Source of the DNA: an uncultured Spirochaetota bacterium
Lineage (GTDB): Bacteria > Spirochaetota > Brevinematia > Brevinematales > JAOACQ01
NCBI GenBank assembly: GCA_963835575.1
Contig: CAWIGG010000003.1
Location: 32,001 to 96,000, forward strand
Direction: 5' to 3'
DNA: 64,000 nucleotides
In this document: one piece after another, positions 41,276 to 51,450 of the stretch
Numbering within the stretch: the first letter of the stretch is position 1
Layout: every line of letters starts with the position of its first letter
Made by a program: the position numbers and the translations under genes
The notes under the pieces: model-generated
What the model saw: the letters and a program-made list of their open reading frames with translations, nothing else
Told to the model about the DNA's origin: nothing
The model's database searches: none

Positions 41276-41360
41276 ATTCTTCCTCCTTTAAAATTCAATG
41301 AAAAAATATCCCCCTTTACTAATACCCTTACCCTCCGGGAAATACCCATATTATTTATCT

Positions 41361-41822
41361 TTATAAAGTTGATCCATTATCATCATTAATCCCATCATCA
41401 CTCGAATTCATGTCTTCTTCCGGAAGTTCCTCAACAACAAATTCATAATCCGATATATCCCTCTGGCTGGCATGGACTGTCGCTTTCCATAATCCTTTTT
41501 CCTCATCCAGAACCATTGGTATCCTTTCTTTATCTTTATTGAAAGTACCGACAACATGGACTGTTTTTTCTGTCCCTGAATCCGGATAGACAAAAACCAT
41601 CTTGATGGGTTTATTCTGTACCGCGGTAAATAAAACAATAAATCCCGCCAATAAACAAACAGACACTGCGCTTATCATTTTAAACCATTTCAGCATGATA
41701 AAGCTTTTGTATATTCTATTTTCTATACCGGCAATAATTTTGTCTTTCAAACGCTCAGGCGCTTTAATGGAAAACCATTCCCTGTCTTTTTCCATCAGCC
41801 TGAATAAACTGCTTCTCATCAT
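41361..41822 (-). CDS. Putative anti-sigma factor with CBM48/E-set-like extracytoplasmic domain
   Basis: Overlaps the sigma stop; APERLKDKII, one TM, then VHVVGTFN..IPM..G.W..YEFVV. Confidence 0.72.
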   Translation of the reverse strand: MMRSSLFRLMEKDREWFSIKAPERLKDKIIAGIENRIYKSFIMLKWFKMISAVSVCLLAGFIVLFTAVQNKPIKMVFVYPDSGTEKTVHVVGTFNKDKERIPMVLDEEKGLWKATVHASQRDISDYEFVVEELPEEDMNSSDDGINDDNGSTL

Positions 41823-42358
41823 ATGAGAGCCTCCTTTCCCAGCAATCCCGAAAGCTTTTCCTTTGCCCTGAAAAGCCTGATCTTCACATTTTCCTCGCTG
41901 AGCTGAAAAGTTTCCGCTATTTCCTTAATACTCCAGTCTTCATTATATTTTAAAAAAACAAGACTCTTATCAGGTTCATTCAATTGCTCGATTGCCTCAA
42001 AAAGGACCACCTTTTCCTCGGTCCTGATATGATCTTTCTTATCAAACGCGATATTTTGAACGAATTCCTCGTCAATCCCGACTTTACTGTACTTCTTTTT
42101 TTTTCTTAAAAAAGTCATTATTAAATTCATTTCAATGGTATAAAGCCAGCTGAAAAACTTCCTTTTTTCATCAAACTTTTTAATATAAGTAAAAACTCTC
42201 CAGAAAACTTCCTGCGTGATATCCTCGGCGTCAGCCCTGTTTCTTAAATGATAATAAGCGAAAGAGAAAATCTTTCTATTGTAAAGCTCTACCAGTTCGC
42301 TGAAAGCCTCAAAATCACCCTTTTTCACTAAGCCTATCAATTCCTTTTCATCCATCAC
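41819..42358 (-). CDS. ECF sigma factor (SigW/RpoE-like)
   Basis: GDFEAFSELV, DAEDITQEVF, FFSWLYTI, SIKEIA..VKIRLFRAK. Confidence 0.93.
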   Translation of the reverse strand: MMDEKELIGLVKKGDFEAFSELVELYNRKIFSFAYYHLRNRADAEDITQEVFWRVFTYIKKFDEKRKFFSWLYTIEMNLIMTFLRKKKKYSKVGIDEEFVQNIAFDKKDHIRTEEKVVLFEAIEQLNEPDKSLVFLKYNEDWSIKEIAETFQLSEENVKIRLFRAKEKLSGLLGKEALI

Positions 42359-42513
42359 TGCTCCCTTAAACTATAAGTACAATCTACGATACCTTACTAC
42401 ATCTTATATATAATATACTAATGATTTCCCGAAAAGGTTACAAAAAATCAATTATTTTTTTGTGAATATTTCATATTATCATTATAATAATTGCCCGAAA
42501 AAAAGAGGTTTAA

Positions 42514-43485
42514 ATGAAGTTAGAAATAAACTCTTATGTTCATCCCGTTAAAATAGACGGCATAACAATACCAAATAACCTCTGGCTGGCCCCGCTCGCG
42601 GGATATTCCAGCAAGGCGCTCCGCCTGATTGCCGGGCAATTCGGCGCCGGATACGCCGAAACAGAGATGATCAGCGTAGAAGGCCTTTTCCGTAAGAATA
42701 AGAGAACCTGGCAATATCTGGATATAAAAGATGAACCCTTTACAACCGTACAGCTTTTCGGGAAAAATGAGCCCAAGAAATTTTATGAAGTATCCCGGCT
42801 CCTTCAGGAAAGGCTGAATGTAAAGATAATCGATATTAATTTCGGCTGCCCGGTCAGGAAGGTGGTCAGGTCCGAAGCGGGGTCTTTCCTGTTAAAAACC
42901 CCGCAATTGATGTCTGATATTGTAAAATCGCTTAAAGACAGCGGCGTTATTGTATCGGCCAAGATCCGCTCGGGTTTTGACAGGATAAATCTGGATGAAA
43001 CAATTCCTGTTCTGGAAAAGGCCGGCGCGGATATCATCATTCTTCATCCCAGGCTCGCGATCCAGTTTTATAATGGAAAGGCAGACTGGGACCAGATACG
43101 GAACGCCAGGCAGATGACAGATAAAATACTGATAGCCAGCGGAGACATTACCACGCCTGAACTGGCAAAAGAAGCGCTGGACCGGACAAAAGCCGACGGC
43201 ATCATGATCGGGCGGCAGGCAGTCGGTTCCCCTTATATTTTTAAACAGATTATTGATTATTTTAATAACGGGAAATATGACTCTTATACCCTTAAGGATA
43301 TTAAGGATATTATGCTGAAGTTTGCCGGAATTTTCAATCAAATCCAGAAGAAAGATAACATTACCGCGATCAGGGCGGCTTTAATACAGTATGTTAAAAA
43401 TTATAAAAATTCAAAAGAAATCCGGCACAGGATTTCTCAGATTTCTTCCTATAAAGAATTAAATGAAGTCCTGAAAGACTGGTGA
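42514..43485 (+). CDS. dusB: tRNA-dihydrouridine synthase (DusB-like)
   Basis: LAPLAG, TEMIS, QLFG, IDINFGCP, KIRSG, ADW, SGDI, DGIMIGR. Confidence 0.92.
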   Translation: MKLEINSYVHPVKIDGITIPNNLWLAPLAGYSSKALRLIAGQFGAGYAETEMISVEGLFRKNKRTWQYLDIKDEPFTTVQLFGKNEPKKFYEVSRLLQERLNVKIIDINFGCPVRKVVRSEAGSFLLKTPQLMSDIVKSLKDSGVIVSAKIRSGFDRINLDETIPVLEKAGADIIILHPRLAIQFYNGKADWDQIRNARQMTDKILIASGDITTPELAKEALDRTKADGIMIGRQAVGSPYIFKQIIDYFNNGKYDSYTLKDIKDIMLKFAGIFNQIQKKDNITAIRAALIQYVKNYKNSKEIRHRISQISSYKELNEVLKDW

Positions 43486-43568
43486 ATGCTCATAATTGAA
43501 TAATTTGATAATTTTCCCAATATAATTTATATTAATTGTTCAAATATTAATGAGGAGGATCATTTATC

Positions 43569-45131
43569 ATGAAAAAATTATATTTAATAGGATTACTGGC
43601 TATTGCCGCAGCTTTGTTTCTTAACGCGTGCTCCAAAGACGGTTCAGTCGTTGCCACATACAGCGATGGAATAAAAACATATTCCATAAAAGTGGGAGAC
43701 ATTAAAAAAGATCTGCTTTCCTATGTCAGTTATAACCCATCAATCATTTCAAATAGCGACTGGCATAAAGACTTTGTTTTTGACAGATATATCGCGCGGG
43801 AAATTGTTTATCAGGAAAAAATCAAAACAGATTATACAAATTCACAGGATTTTAAAAAAGATTTTGATTCTGAATATCAAAAAAACCTTCTTGTGCTCCA
43901 ATTCCGTAAAGGACAGGAAATTCTCAATAATCAGGCTAAAAACGGTAAATATGAGGTCGTTAATCCGGCCCATATTCTTATTTTGACAAGCCAGTTCACA
44001 AACATCAGCCGCGCTGTCGTCAGTTATACAAATATAAACGGCAAAAAGCAGGCGCTGACAAACTGGCAGCAGGAACAGCAGAAAATTTCCGACAAGGATT
44101 TTGCCGCTATTCTTAAAACAAAAGAACTTGTCGCACTTAATATCATCGAAAATATTAAAAAAGCGAATGATAAAGAAAAAGAATTTATAAAGATCGCTTC
44201 AAATATGTCCGAGGATTATGCCACATCCCGCGTCGGCGGCGATATCGGCTTTATCCCGAAAGGCTATATGATCAAAGAATATGAGGACGCTGCGTTCGCG
44301 GCAAAAACCAAAGGTTTAATGGAAAAACCTGTTTTAACCAGTTACGGCTATTATATCATTTATATCAAATCGCCCGTTCAGCAGAAAAGCCTTGGAGAAA
44401 TTGAAAGCGCAAGCGGCAAGGAAAGTTTTAAAAGAATGGAATCGTTTTTCAATAATTCTTTCCAGGATAAGATAAAAAAAGAAAATATTAAAGAAGACTT
44501 TACCGTTGACTATACAAATAAAATGGTTACGGTAAACGGGAAGTTATATAAGCCGGCTAACCTGACGGATGATCTGGTTTTATTTGAAATGTTCGGACAG
44601 AAAAAAAACTGGAAAGACTGCAAAGATATTATATTACTCTATGTCCCTGATTTTAATACCAATCTTACAATCGAAAGTTTCATGCTCCAGATGCAGAATT
44701 ATAAGAATTTTGTGTTCATGATGGAAATTGCAAAAAAGAACAACGCCGAAAAAACCAAATCCTTTGCGGATGACCTCCAGCAAGCGAAGGAAAGTTTAAC
44801 AAAGAAACTTGTTGTACAGACTTTTGAAAAAGAACTGCAGGCGCAGGTTAATGCGGCTTTAACGCCTCAAGTTATAAAGGAATTTTATGATAAGAATAAA
44901 GCCAATTACTTCAATAATGTTAACGGGAAAAAAGTCCAGTTGAGTTTTAAAGATGCGCAATCCAGGATTTCCGATGAGTTAAAGGGACAGTATTTCAGGG
45001 AATTTTATAATCAATGGAAGGATGGGGCCAGGACAAGGACCAAAGTTTCTTTCAATGACAACGGTCTGAAGGATCTTTACGGCCTTGAAACAGCGGAATA
45101 TCAAAAGGTAAAAGGACCTCAGAAAAAATAA
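43569..45131 (+). CDS. PrsA/SurA-like parvulin peptidyl-prolyl isomerase lipoprotein
   Basis: LNAC lipobox; AHIL, SED..GGDIGF..MIKEYEDAAF, TSYGYYII. Confidence 0.88.
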   Translation: MKKLYLIGLLAIAAALFLNACSKDGSVVATYSDGIKTYSIKVGDIKKDLLSYVSYNPSIISNSDWHKDFVFDRYIAREIVYQEKIKTDYTNSQDFKKDFDSEYQKNLLVLQFRKGQEILNNQAKNGKYEVVNPAHILILTSQFTNISRAVVSYTNINGKKQALTNWQQEQQKISDKDFAAILKTKELVALNIIENIKKANDKEKEFIKIASNMSEDYATSRVGGDIGFIPKGYMIKEYEDAAFAAKTKGLMEKPVLTSYGYYIIYIKSPVQQKSLGEIESASGKESFKRMESFFNNSFQDKIKKENIKEDFTVDYTNKMVTVNGKLYKPANLTDDLVLFEMFGQKKNWKDCKDIILLYVPDFNTNLTIESFMLQMQNYKNFVFMMEIAKKNNAEKTKSFADDLQQAKESLTKKLVVQTFEKELQAQVNAALTPQVIKEFYDKNKANYFNNVNGKKVQLSFKDAQSRISDELKGQYFREFYNQWKDGARTRTKVSFNDNGLKDLYGLETAEYQKVKGPQKK

Positions 45132-45158
45132 TTCCAGTTATGATTAGAAAATATGAAT

Positions 45159-45193
45159 TAAGGGGCTTTTTCAATAGAAAAAGCCCTTTTTTT
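45159..45193. terminator. Bidirectional rho-independent terminator
   Basis: AAGGGGCTTTTTC-AATA-GAAAAAGCCCTTTTTTT between convergent genes. Confidence 0.75.
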
Positions 45194-45194
45194 A

Positions 45195-46817
45195 TTACTT
45201 GAGTTTCTTTTTTATATAATCTTTATAATAATTTAACTTATTATCCTTGGGAAAAGATTTAAGGGCTTCCCTGACCACATCCTGAGCTTTCCTGTAATTC
45301 TTCTTTTCTATTTCCTTAGAACAAAGCAGACGGTAAACCGTCAGAAGATTGGATAAAAGCGTTTCGCTTTTCGGGTCCGCCTGCAGGCCGATTTTGGTAT
45401 ATTTAATACCTTCTTCATACTCTTCCTTTTTAAAAAAGGCATTGGCCGTGTTTCCGGTAATATATATCATATTATTTTTTAAAAGCCTTGATTGAGGGAA
45501 AAAAGAGAGCCCTTTCCAGATTATTTCAATACCTTTATCCGGATTTCCGTAATCATAAAATTTCAGCCCGAGCTGATTATAATAATTCTCAAGTAATTCA
45601 TCAAAATAATCATTTTTCATCAGCTGATACCACTCCAGAATAAAATCCTCGCCTTCCGGATAAGTCTGCCAGTCATTAATGAGCTTTTTACTCAGAAGGT
45701 TCAGTCCGTTAATCATCAGGCTTGTAATGTTTTGATACTGCGGTTTCTCAGCAAGCGCTTTTTTACCGAATTCATATGCCTTCCGGAAATCCCCCTCTTT
45801 ATTGATCATTCTGTAAAGAACTCTTGTGTAAAGATTGTTTTCAATGGAATCATTGGTACCCGCGATCTCTCTCGATCTATCAAGTTCCTCAAAAGCCTTA
45901 TCATAAAGAGAGGAATCCACCAGACTGTTCAAATATTTATCCAGGACATAAAAGTAGTTTGTCAAAAACAGGCTTTTTTGGGGAAGATGCGAAATGGCCT
46001 CTTCCAGAATTGAAAGGGACTGAGTAAAGTCTTTTTTTGAATCGGCCAGATAGAGAACATAGAGACTATAAGCGGCCGCGACATTGGTATAAACATATTT
46101 CCCGTCCGGATAAATAGCCCAGGATTTCAAGGCATTTTGAAAAGCGGAATAAACCTGGCCGGTCTTCGAGGCAAAATAGGCTATATTGGCATAGGTATAA
46201 GCCAGCAAGCCTTTTTTATCAACTAATTCCATTATCTCCGGGTCCCGTGAATAGGAAAAACCGGTCAGCTTCTTGAAGTTTTCCTGAGCTTCCTCATTCG
46301 TGCCGATATCAAAACCAAAAGGGCTTGTGTTTTCAACATCAATTTCCCTCCCTTCAATTAACAGCATTGTATAGGCATGAGTAGGCAGCACAACCGCCTT
46401 ATAAGCGATACCCTGATCTTCCAGAAGGCTGTTATAGAGGAGCGTGGAGGACAGGCAGTTAAAACTGCCTTCTCTCAATAAAACATCCAGCGTCGTATCC
46501 GGTTCATGATAATTTTTTAATATTTTCTTATGCATTTGAGTGAATATATATCTGGCCTGTTCAATATTGCTTTTTGCAGGCGGACTTTCTGCGGCCATTT
46601 CCGCCTCAAAATTTGAAATCTGGACCAGATAATTTTCAAGAAATTCTTCTTTAACGCCGGCCGCTATAAGCGCTCCTTTTTTCAGGGAGAAAGAATCCGG
46701 ATTGAGAATCATTTGATATTCCAGGGAATTCGTATCAATGACAAGGAATTTTGATACATAAGAAAATATATATGAATAAAATAACAGTAAAACGCCGATA
46801 AAAAATAATTTTCTCAA
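45195..46817 (-). CDS. Secreted transglutaminase-like (Cys-His-Asp) + TPR protein
   Basis: TTG start after AGGAG; signal peptide; GSFNCLSS..Y..PTHAY..IDVENT; C-terminal TPRs. Confidence 0.75.
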   Translation of the reverse strand: MRKLFFIGVLLLFYSYIFSYVSKFLVIDTNSLEYQMILNPDSFSLKKGALIAAGVKEEFLENYLVQISNFEAEMAAESPPAKSNIEQARYIFTQMHKKILKNYHEPDTTLDVLLREGSFNCLSSTLLYNSLLEDQGIAYKAVVLPTHAYTMLLIEGREIDVENTSPFGFDIGTNEEAQENFKKLTGFSYSRDPEIMELVDKKGLLAYTYANIAYFASKTGQVYSAFQNALKSWAIYPDGKYVYTNVAAAYSLYVLYLADSKKDFTQSLSILEEAISHLPQKSLFLTNYFYVLDKYLNSLVDSSLYDKAFEELDRSREIAGTNDSIENNLYTRVLYRMINKEGDFRKAYEFGKKALAEKPQYQNITSLMINGLNLLSKKLINDWQTYPEGEDFILEWYQLMKNDYFDELLENYYNQLGLKFYDYGNPDKGIEIIWKGLSFFPQSRLLKNNMIYITGNTANAFFKKEEYEEGIKYTKIGLQADPKSETLLSNLLTVYRLLCSKEIEKKNYRKAQDVVREALKSFPKDNKLNYYKDYIKKKLK

Positions 46818-46848
46818 ATGTTTCTCCTTTTGAATAATAAGGCCGGGA

Positions 46849-48210
46849 TTATCTGGCCTTTTTTTTAGAATTTTTATAGAAAAACAGCACAAATTGATCT
46901 CCGCAGATTTCCTGGATTTTTTTATAGAAATTGTATCCTTTACATTCTGTGGTCGTTCCAAAAAGCGTATAAAGCGAAAAAGAAAAATTGCCCAGGTATT
47001 CCTGCCTCATCGCATTTTCCATACTCTTAAGGTCCGACAGATTCATGATGAAAGGCTGGCGGTAAAAGATCAAACACCGGTTGTTTGAACCTTTGAATAT
47101 TTTATAAGCTCTTGTGGAAGAAACCGGCTGGACCGGGCGGAACTGTAAATTGCCCAATATAAATTCATCAAAGACTTTTTCATCTTTTGAATAATAATAT
47201 TCCAGAAACTTGTTATCGACCATTACCTTATACTTATGCATAAGATCTCTCAGGTCAGCGTAATCCGGATTAATTTGATAAGCCTTGGACCAGCTGTCAA
47301 TCGCCATAAAATACTCGCCCTGATCGAAATAGGCGCTGCCCAGAAGATAAAGCGCCTGGTATTTATAACGCGGTGTGAGTTTGCCGATATAAGTCAGGCC
47401 CATTTCAATGGCCTTGACCATTTGATTATCGGAGACAAGGTTCTTCATTATTCTTAAAAAGGCCTCTTCAAAATAATCAGCCTGATTCAGCAGAGGTTTC
47501 AACAGATTTATGGATTCCCTGTGGCTTTTTGCGATTGTGTAAGCATCCGAGAGCAGAATGGCGATATTGTATTTATCTTGAACATCGGGGATCTTCAGCT
47601 TCAGGGCGTTCTCAAAAGCCATGATTGCCTTGCGGTTGCTTCCCATCTTATTATGCGTATTTCCCAAAAGATAATAGGCTTTCCAATCTCCAGGATTCAC
47701 TTTTATTAATTTATCCAGGTAAAACACCGCTTTCTGGAAATTCCTGGCCCTGTAATTGATATTGGCCAATTCGAAGAGGGCCTTCTCATCATCCGGATTT
47801 TCCTCCAATGCCATCAGATAGTTTCCTGAAGCTTTTAGAATATCATTCCTTTTAGAGTACATGTTGCCGATTTTAATCAGCGTATTAATTTTAACGCTTT
47901 TTTTTACCTCGCTTGAAAATAAGGCAAGAGCATCTTCATAGTAATGAATAGCCTGCGGAATATCCGAAAGGCCTTCATATGCCTGCGCTATATCATTATA
48001 AACAGCAAAAGAACGTTTTTCTTTCGCCTGTTCCAGAGAAAGCTTGAGGGCTTTCATATAATCATTTTTTTTCAGCGCCTGATCGATAATAACGGCGCTC
48101 CGCTGTGATCTGAAATACTTCAGAACATATGAAATGCTTAAAATGATAAGAAAAATAGCTATTGAAAGCAAAAACAATAAAAAAACATTCATGGTTTGCT
48201 CTTTTTTCAT
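46849..48210 (-). CDS. Membrane-anchored TPR protein with a degenerate C-terminal alpha/beta domain
   Basis: N-terminal TM; about 8 TPRs (AYYLLGN, ALYLLGSAY..PDYAD). Confidence 0.8.
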   Translation of the reverse strand: MKKEQTMNVFLLFLLSIAIFLIILSISYVLKYFRSQRSAVIIDQALKKNDYMKALKLSLEQAKEKRSFAVYNDIAQAYEGLSDIPQAIHYYEDALALFSSEVKKSVKINTLIKIGNMYSKRNDILKASGNYLMALEENPDDEKALFELANINYRARNFQKAVFYLDKLIKVNPGDWKAYYLLGNTHNKMGSNRKAIMAFENALKLKIPDVQDKYNIAILLSDAYTIAKSHRESINLLKPLLNQADYFEEAFLRIMKNLVSDNQMVKAIEMGLTYIGKLTPRYKYQALYLLGSAYFDQGEYFMAIDSWSKAYQINPDYADLRDLMHKYKVMVDNKFLEYYYSKDEKVFDEFILGNLQFRPVQPVSSTRAYKIFKGSNNRCLIFYRQPFIMNLSDLKSMENAMRQEYLGNFSFSLYTLFGTTTECKGYNFYKKIQEICGDQFVLFFYKNSKKKAR

Positions 48211-48277
48211 TTTTTATCGGTGTCAGACTTTTATAAATTAATGACGAATGACCGCAATCTGAGCGGTTTTATATATA

Positions 48278-48314
48278 GGGCAGTTCCAAAAACCTGTGAT
48301 TTTTGGAACTGCCC
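48278..48314. repeat. GGCAGTTCCAAAAA hairpin family copy
   Basis: GGGCAGTTCCAAAAA-CCTGTGA-TTTTTGGAACTGCCC; degenerate copy at 48714-48751. Confidence 0.8.
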
Positions 48315-48569
48315 AAAACAGAGCGCCCCCGAAATGCCATGCAATGGAAAAATGGACTCAAAGCATTGCCAGGGTGCCGGGCGTAGAATTAAAAAACACA
48401 TGAAAACTTCAATTAACAAGGGGGAAAACCGCCCAGTTATGAATTATAACATAAAATGCGGTTAATATTTATTTTTTTAAATATTTATTTTATAATATTG
48501 GGCTTTAATTATTTTTTATTCTTTAATTATGATATACTATAGTATCATTTAACTCAAACCGAGTCATTT

Positions 48570-48607
48570 ATTTTGTAGAGACGCACGGCCGTGCGTCTCT
48601 ACAAAAT
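48570..48607. repeat. Perfect 38-bp palindrome, GTAG-type REP-like
   Basis: ATTTTGTAGAGACGCACGGCCGTGCGTCTCTACAAAAT. Confidence 0.88.
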
Positions 48608-48840
48608 GGCGAGGGAAAACCTAAATCCTATTGATAAATAAGAAAAACCGCTCAGTTTAGATTTTATTAATGCAATTTTATCTTTTTTATAGAATTTCTA
48701 GATAATAACATACAGGCAGTTCCACAAACAATGGTTTTTGGAACGGGGCCTATAATATAAAATAAAAAAAATAAAGAAGAAAAGACCGAATGAAAATCTT
48801 ATTCCCCGGGAATTAAGAATTTCAAAAGGAGTCATGATTT

Positions 48841-50676
48841 ATGAAAAGATTTTTATTAGCCGGCATCTTCTCTTATTTTTTTCTCATCGGTACAGCCTAT
48901 TCAATTAACGAGCTGCGCAGCCTTGATTTTCTTCCCAGATATTCCGTCATTAATTCTTCGTGTTTCGGAGGAGACAGCGGGGCTTTGCTGATCAATCCAG
49001 CCGGGCTTTACTCAGCGGACAGAATGACAGCGGAAATCTCGTCGGGAAATCTTCTTAATATTAACTTTATCGGTCTAACAGCAATGGTCCCCGGCATTGG
49101 CGGAGCTTTAAGCCTTGATCTTTTTAACACTTACAGCGATAACATGTCTCTTAAAAGAGGTCTTGCCCTGGGATGGGGACGGGATATTTTCGGCTGTTTC
49201 GCGATCGGGGCCGCTGTAAAAACCGTGTCTCATAATATTTTTGATACTTCAGACGGCGTTTTATTTGATGTCGGCCTGATTTTCTTCCCGAATGAATCGC
49301 TGAAGCTTGATTTCTTTAAAAATAGTTTTATCAATAATAAGATATTTTTTAGTTTTGTCGCACAGAATATAGGAAAAGAGCCTTTAACAACTAGCGACGA
49401 AGAGTTGAATCTACGCGTCGGGTTCGGCTATAATCTTGATGCTCTATGGACCAGGATTTTTGTGGAAAAAATGTTCTTAAGCCGGAATGAGCCTCTCATC
49501 ATAGGCGCGGAAATGAACCCCACAGTCGATTTTCTAAAATTATTTGTCCTGAGAGCTTCCTATGACATGCATGACGTAAAACTGGGTTTCGGGATCCATG
49601 GCGATGACGCTATGCTCGATTTTTCATATTCTCCGAATAAAAACGAATATTATTTCTCATTTAATGTCTCTTTTGAAAAAGGCAAGCAGGAAATGTCAAA
49701 GCTGTATTATGACGAAGGCCTTGTCTACTACAATCAGGCTGTCGATCTGGAAAAATCCGGCGAAGACGCGTTTGATGAATACCATCTTGCCTATGATAAA
49801 TTCTCAGCGGCGGTCTCTTACGATAAAAACAATAAAAAGGCGGACCTGCTCAAGACAAAAATCGCCAATAAAATCAATGATTATAAGAACCAGTTTTTAA
49901 CAAATGCCCAGTATTTTGAAAATAAAAATGACCCCGTCAGCGCTCTTATTTATTATAATAAGGCATCCCAGATAGAAAGCAGTTCATATTCAACCGAGAA
50001 AATAAACAGCCTTTCAACCAATGATACTGTTGTCAATTATATAAAAAATAAAAAGGCGGGAATAAATACCTCACTAAAGAACAAAAAATACTTCGCCGCG
50101 AAGAAAGAATCTACAAAGCTTCTGCTTGTCATGCCCAGGGATAAAGAAACGCTTGACATGCAGAGCACGGCTGTCGCCAAGCTAAAAGTGTTTGCGCTGG
50201 CCCACTATCAAAAGGCCCAGAATCTTTATGACCGCGAACTTTATGATGACTGCATCACGGAAGCAAAAACTGCCCTGGCTTATGATCCCGATCTGGAAAA
50301 AGCGAAAGATCTGCTCAGCCTTGCTTCCTCTGACCTTCTGGAAAAACAGGGCATCCAGAGGGCTTATGAGCTCTATAAAAATAAAAATTATTTAGGCGCA
50401 TATAAAATGGCAAATTACATTCTTTCAAAATCCCCCGACAATAAAGATGCCTCGGACCTTAAAGCGCGGATATTACGCGTCTTTAAGGAAAATTCAAAGA
50501 CTTATCTGAACACCGGTATCAACTATTATAATAATTCGGAATACGATAAGGCAGTTGAAGAATTTGATAAAGTGCTTTTTGCCGATCCCGGCAACAGCAT
50601 CGCTTCAGATTATAAAAACAGGGCTGTTTCCAAACAAAAAGCCATAGAAAAGCTGGATGAAATTCAGGAGGAATAA
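48841..50676 (+). CDS. Outer-membrane beta-barrel (PorV/FadL-like) fused to C-terminal TPRs
   Basis: Signal peptide; INPAGL, FDVGL, VAQNIG, LRVG.GY; TPRs after about residue 285. Confidence 0.72.
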   Translation: MKRFLLAGIFSYFFLIGTAYSINELRSLDFLPRYSVINSSCFGGDSGALLINPAGLYSADRMTAEISSGNLLNINFIGLTAMVPGIGGALSLDLFNTYSDNMSLKRGLALGWGRDIFGCFAIGAAVKTVSHNIFDTSDGVLFDVGLIFFPNESLKLDFFKNSFINNKIFFSFVAQNIGKEPLTTSDEELNLRVGFGYNLDALWTRIFVEKMFLSRNEPLIIGAEMNPTVDFLKLFVLRASYDMHDVKLGFGIHGDDAMLDFSYSPNKNEYYFSFNVSFEKGKQEMSKLYYDEGLVYYNQAVDLEKSGEDAFDEYHLAYDKFSAAVSYDKNNKKADLLKTKIANKINDYKNQFLTNAQYFENKNDPVSALIYYNKASQIESSSYSTEKINSLSTNDTVVNYIKNKKAGINTSLKNKKYFAAKKESTKLLLVMPRDKETLDMQSTAVAKLKVFALAHYQKAQNLYDRELYDDCITEAKTALAYDPDLEKAKDLLSLASSDLLEKQGIQRAYELYKNKNYLGAYKMANYILSKSPDNKDASDLKARILRVFKENSKTYLNTGINYYNNSEYDKAVEEFDKVLFADPGNSIASDYKNRAVSKQKAIEKLDEIQEE

Positions 50677-50679
50677 ATA

Positions 50680-51450
50680 ATGAGAAAAAGGCTCGGGCTT
50701 AATATTGATCATGTTGCCACTCTCCGCGAAGCGCGTAAAGCCGTTTACCCGGACCCTGTCGAAGCGGCGGTCCTTGCCGAACTCTCCGGCGTTGACAGTA
50801 TCACTGTTCATCTGCGGGAGGACCGCCGCCATATTCAGGACAGGGACGTTATACTTCTGCGGCAGACCGTCAAAACGAAATTGAACCTTGAAATGGCCCT
50901 TAACCCGGATATTATTGAGGCGGCCCTCAAAATAATACCCGACGATGTCTGTATTGTTCCTGAAAAACGGGAGGAAATAACCACCGAAGGCGGCCTTGAC
51001 GTAATCAAAAACAGGAAAAATCTTCTGGGAACCATACCCCGACTCCATGAAAAGGGCATTGTCGTGAGCCTTTTTATCGATCCGGACAAGGCGCAGATTG
51101 AGGCGTCCAGGGAAACCGGCGCCGATTATATAGAAATTCACACCGGGAAATACGCGGAAGCAAAGGGCATAAAAGCGGTGAACCATGAGCTGAGCCAGGT
51201 TATCGAAAGCGCCCGCTATGCTTTTTCACTCGGGCTGAGGGTTAACGCGGGCCATGGTTTGAGTTACGCAAATGTCTACCCTATCGCGCTGATCGAGGAA
51301 ATCGAGACGCTTAATATAGGCCATTCCATAATTTCAAGGGCAGTCCTGACCGGCCTGGAGAAGGCTGTTTTAGATATGCTCTCTATTCTTGAGAAGGCGC
51401 ATACCGAGTCTCAGCACAAGGGCTCTCCATCGGACTCATCCCCTGTATAG
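50680..51450 (+). CDS. pdxJ: Pyridoxine 5'-phosphate synthase
   Basis: [45 protein letters not shown]. Confidence 0.98.
   Translation: MRKRLGLNIDHVATLREARKAVYPDPVEAAVLAELSGVDSITVHLREDRRHIQDRDVILLRQTVKTKLNLEMALNPDIIEAALKIIPDDVCIVPEKREEITTEGGLDVIKNRKNLLGTIPRLHEKGIVVSLFIDPDKAQIEASRETGADYIEIHTGKYAEAKGIKAVNHELSQVIESARYAFSLGLRVNAGHGLSYANVYPIALIEEIETLNIGHSIISRAVLTGLEKAVLDMLSILEKAHTESQHKGSPSDSSPV

Noticed and set aside
48315..48470. GC-richer intergenic segment as a riboswitch/ncRNA, and the short ORFs 48196-48465 and 48231-48419
   Set aside because: I could not match it to any RNA family, and the ORFs run through repeat hairpins; an Infernal/Rfam search would be needed.
51383..51450. 68-bp convergent 3' overlap of pdxJ and the radical SAM gene
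   Set aside because: Both overlapping tails lie beyond the conserved domains; most likely stop-codon drift.
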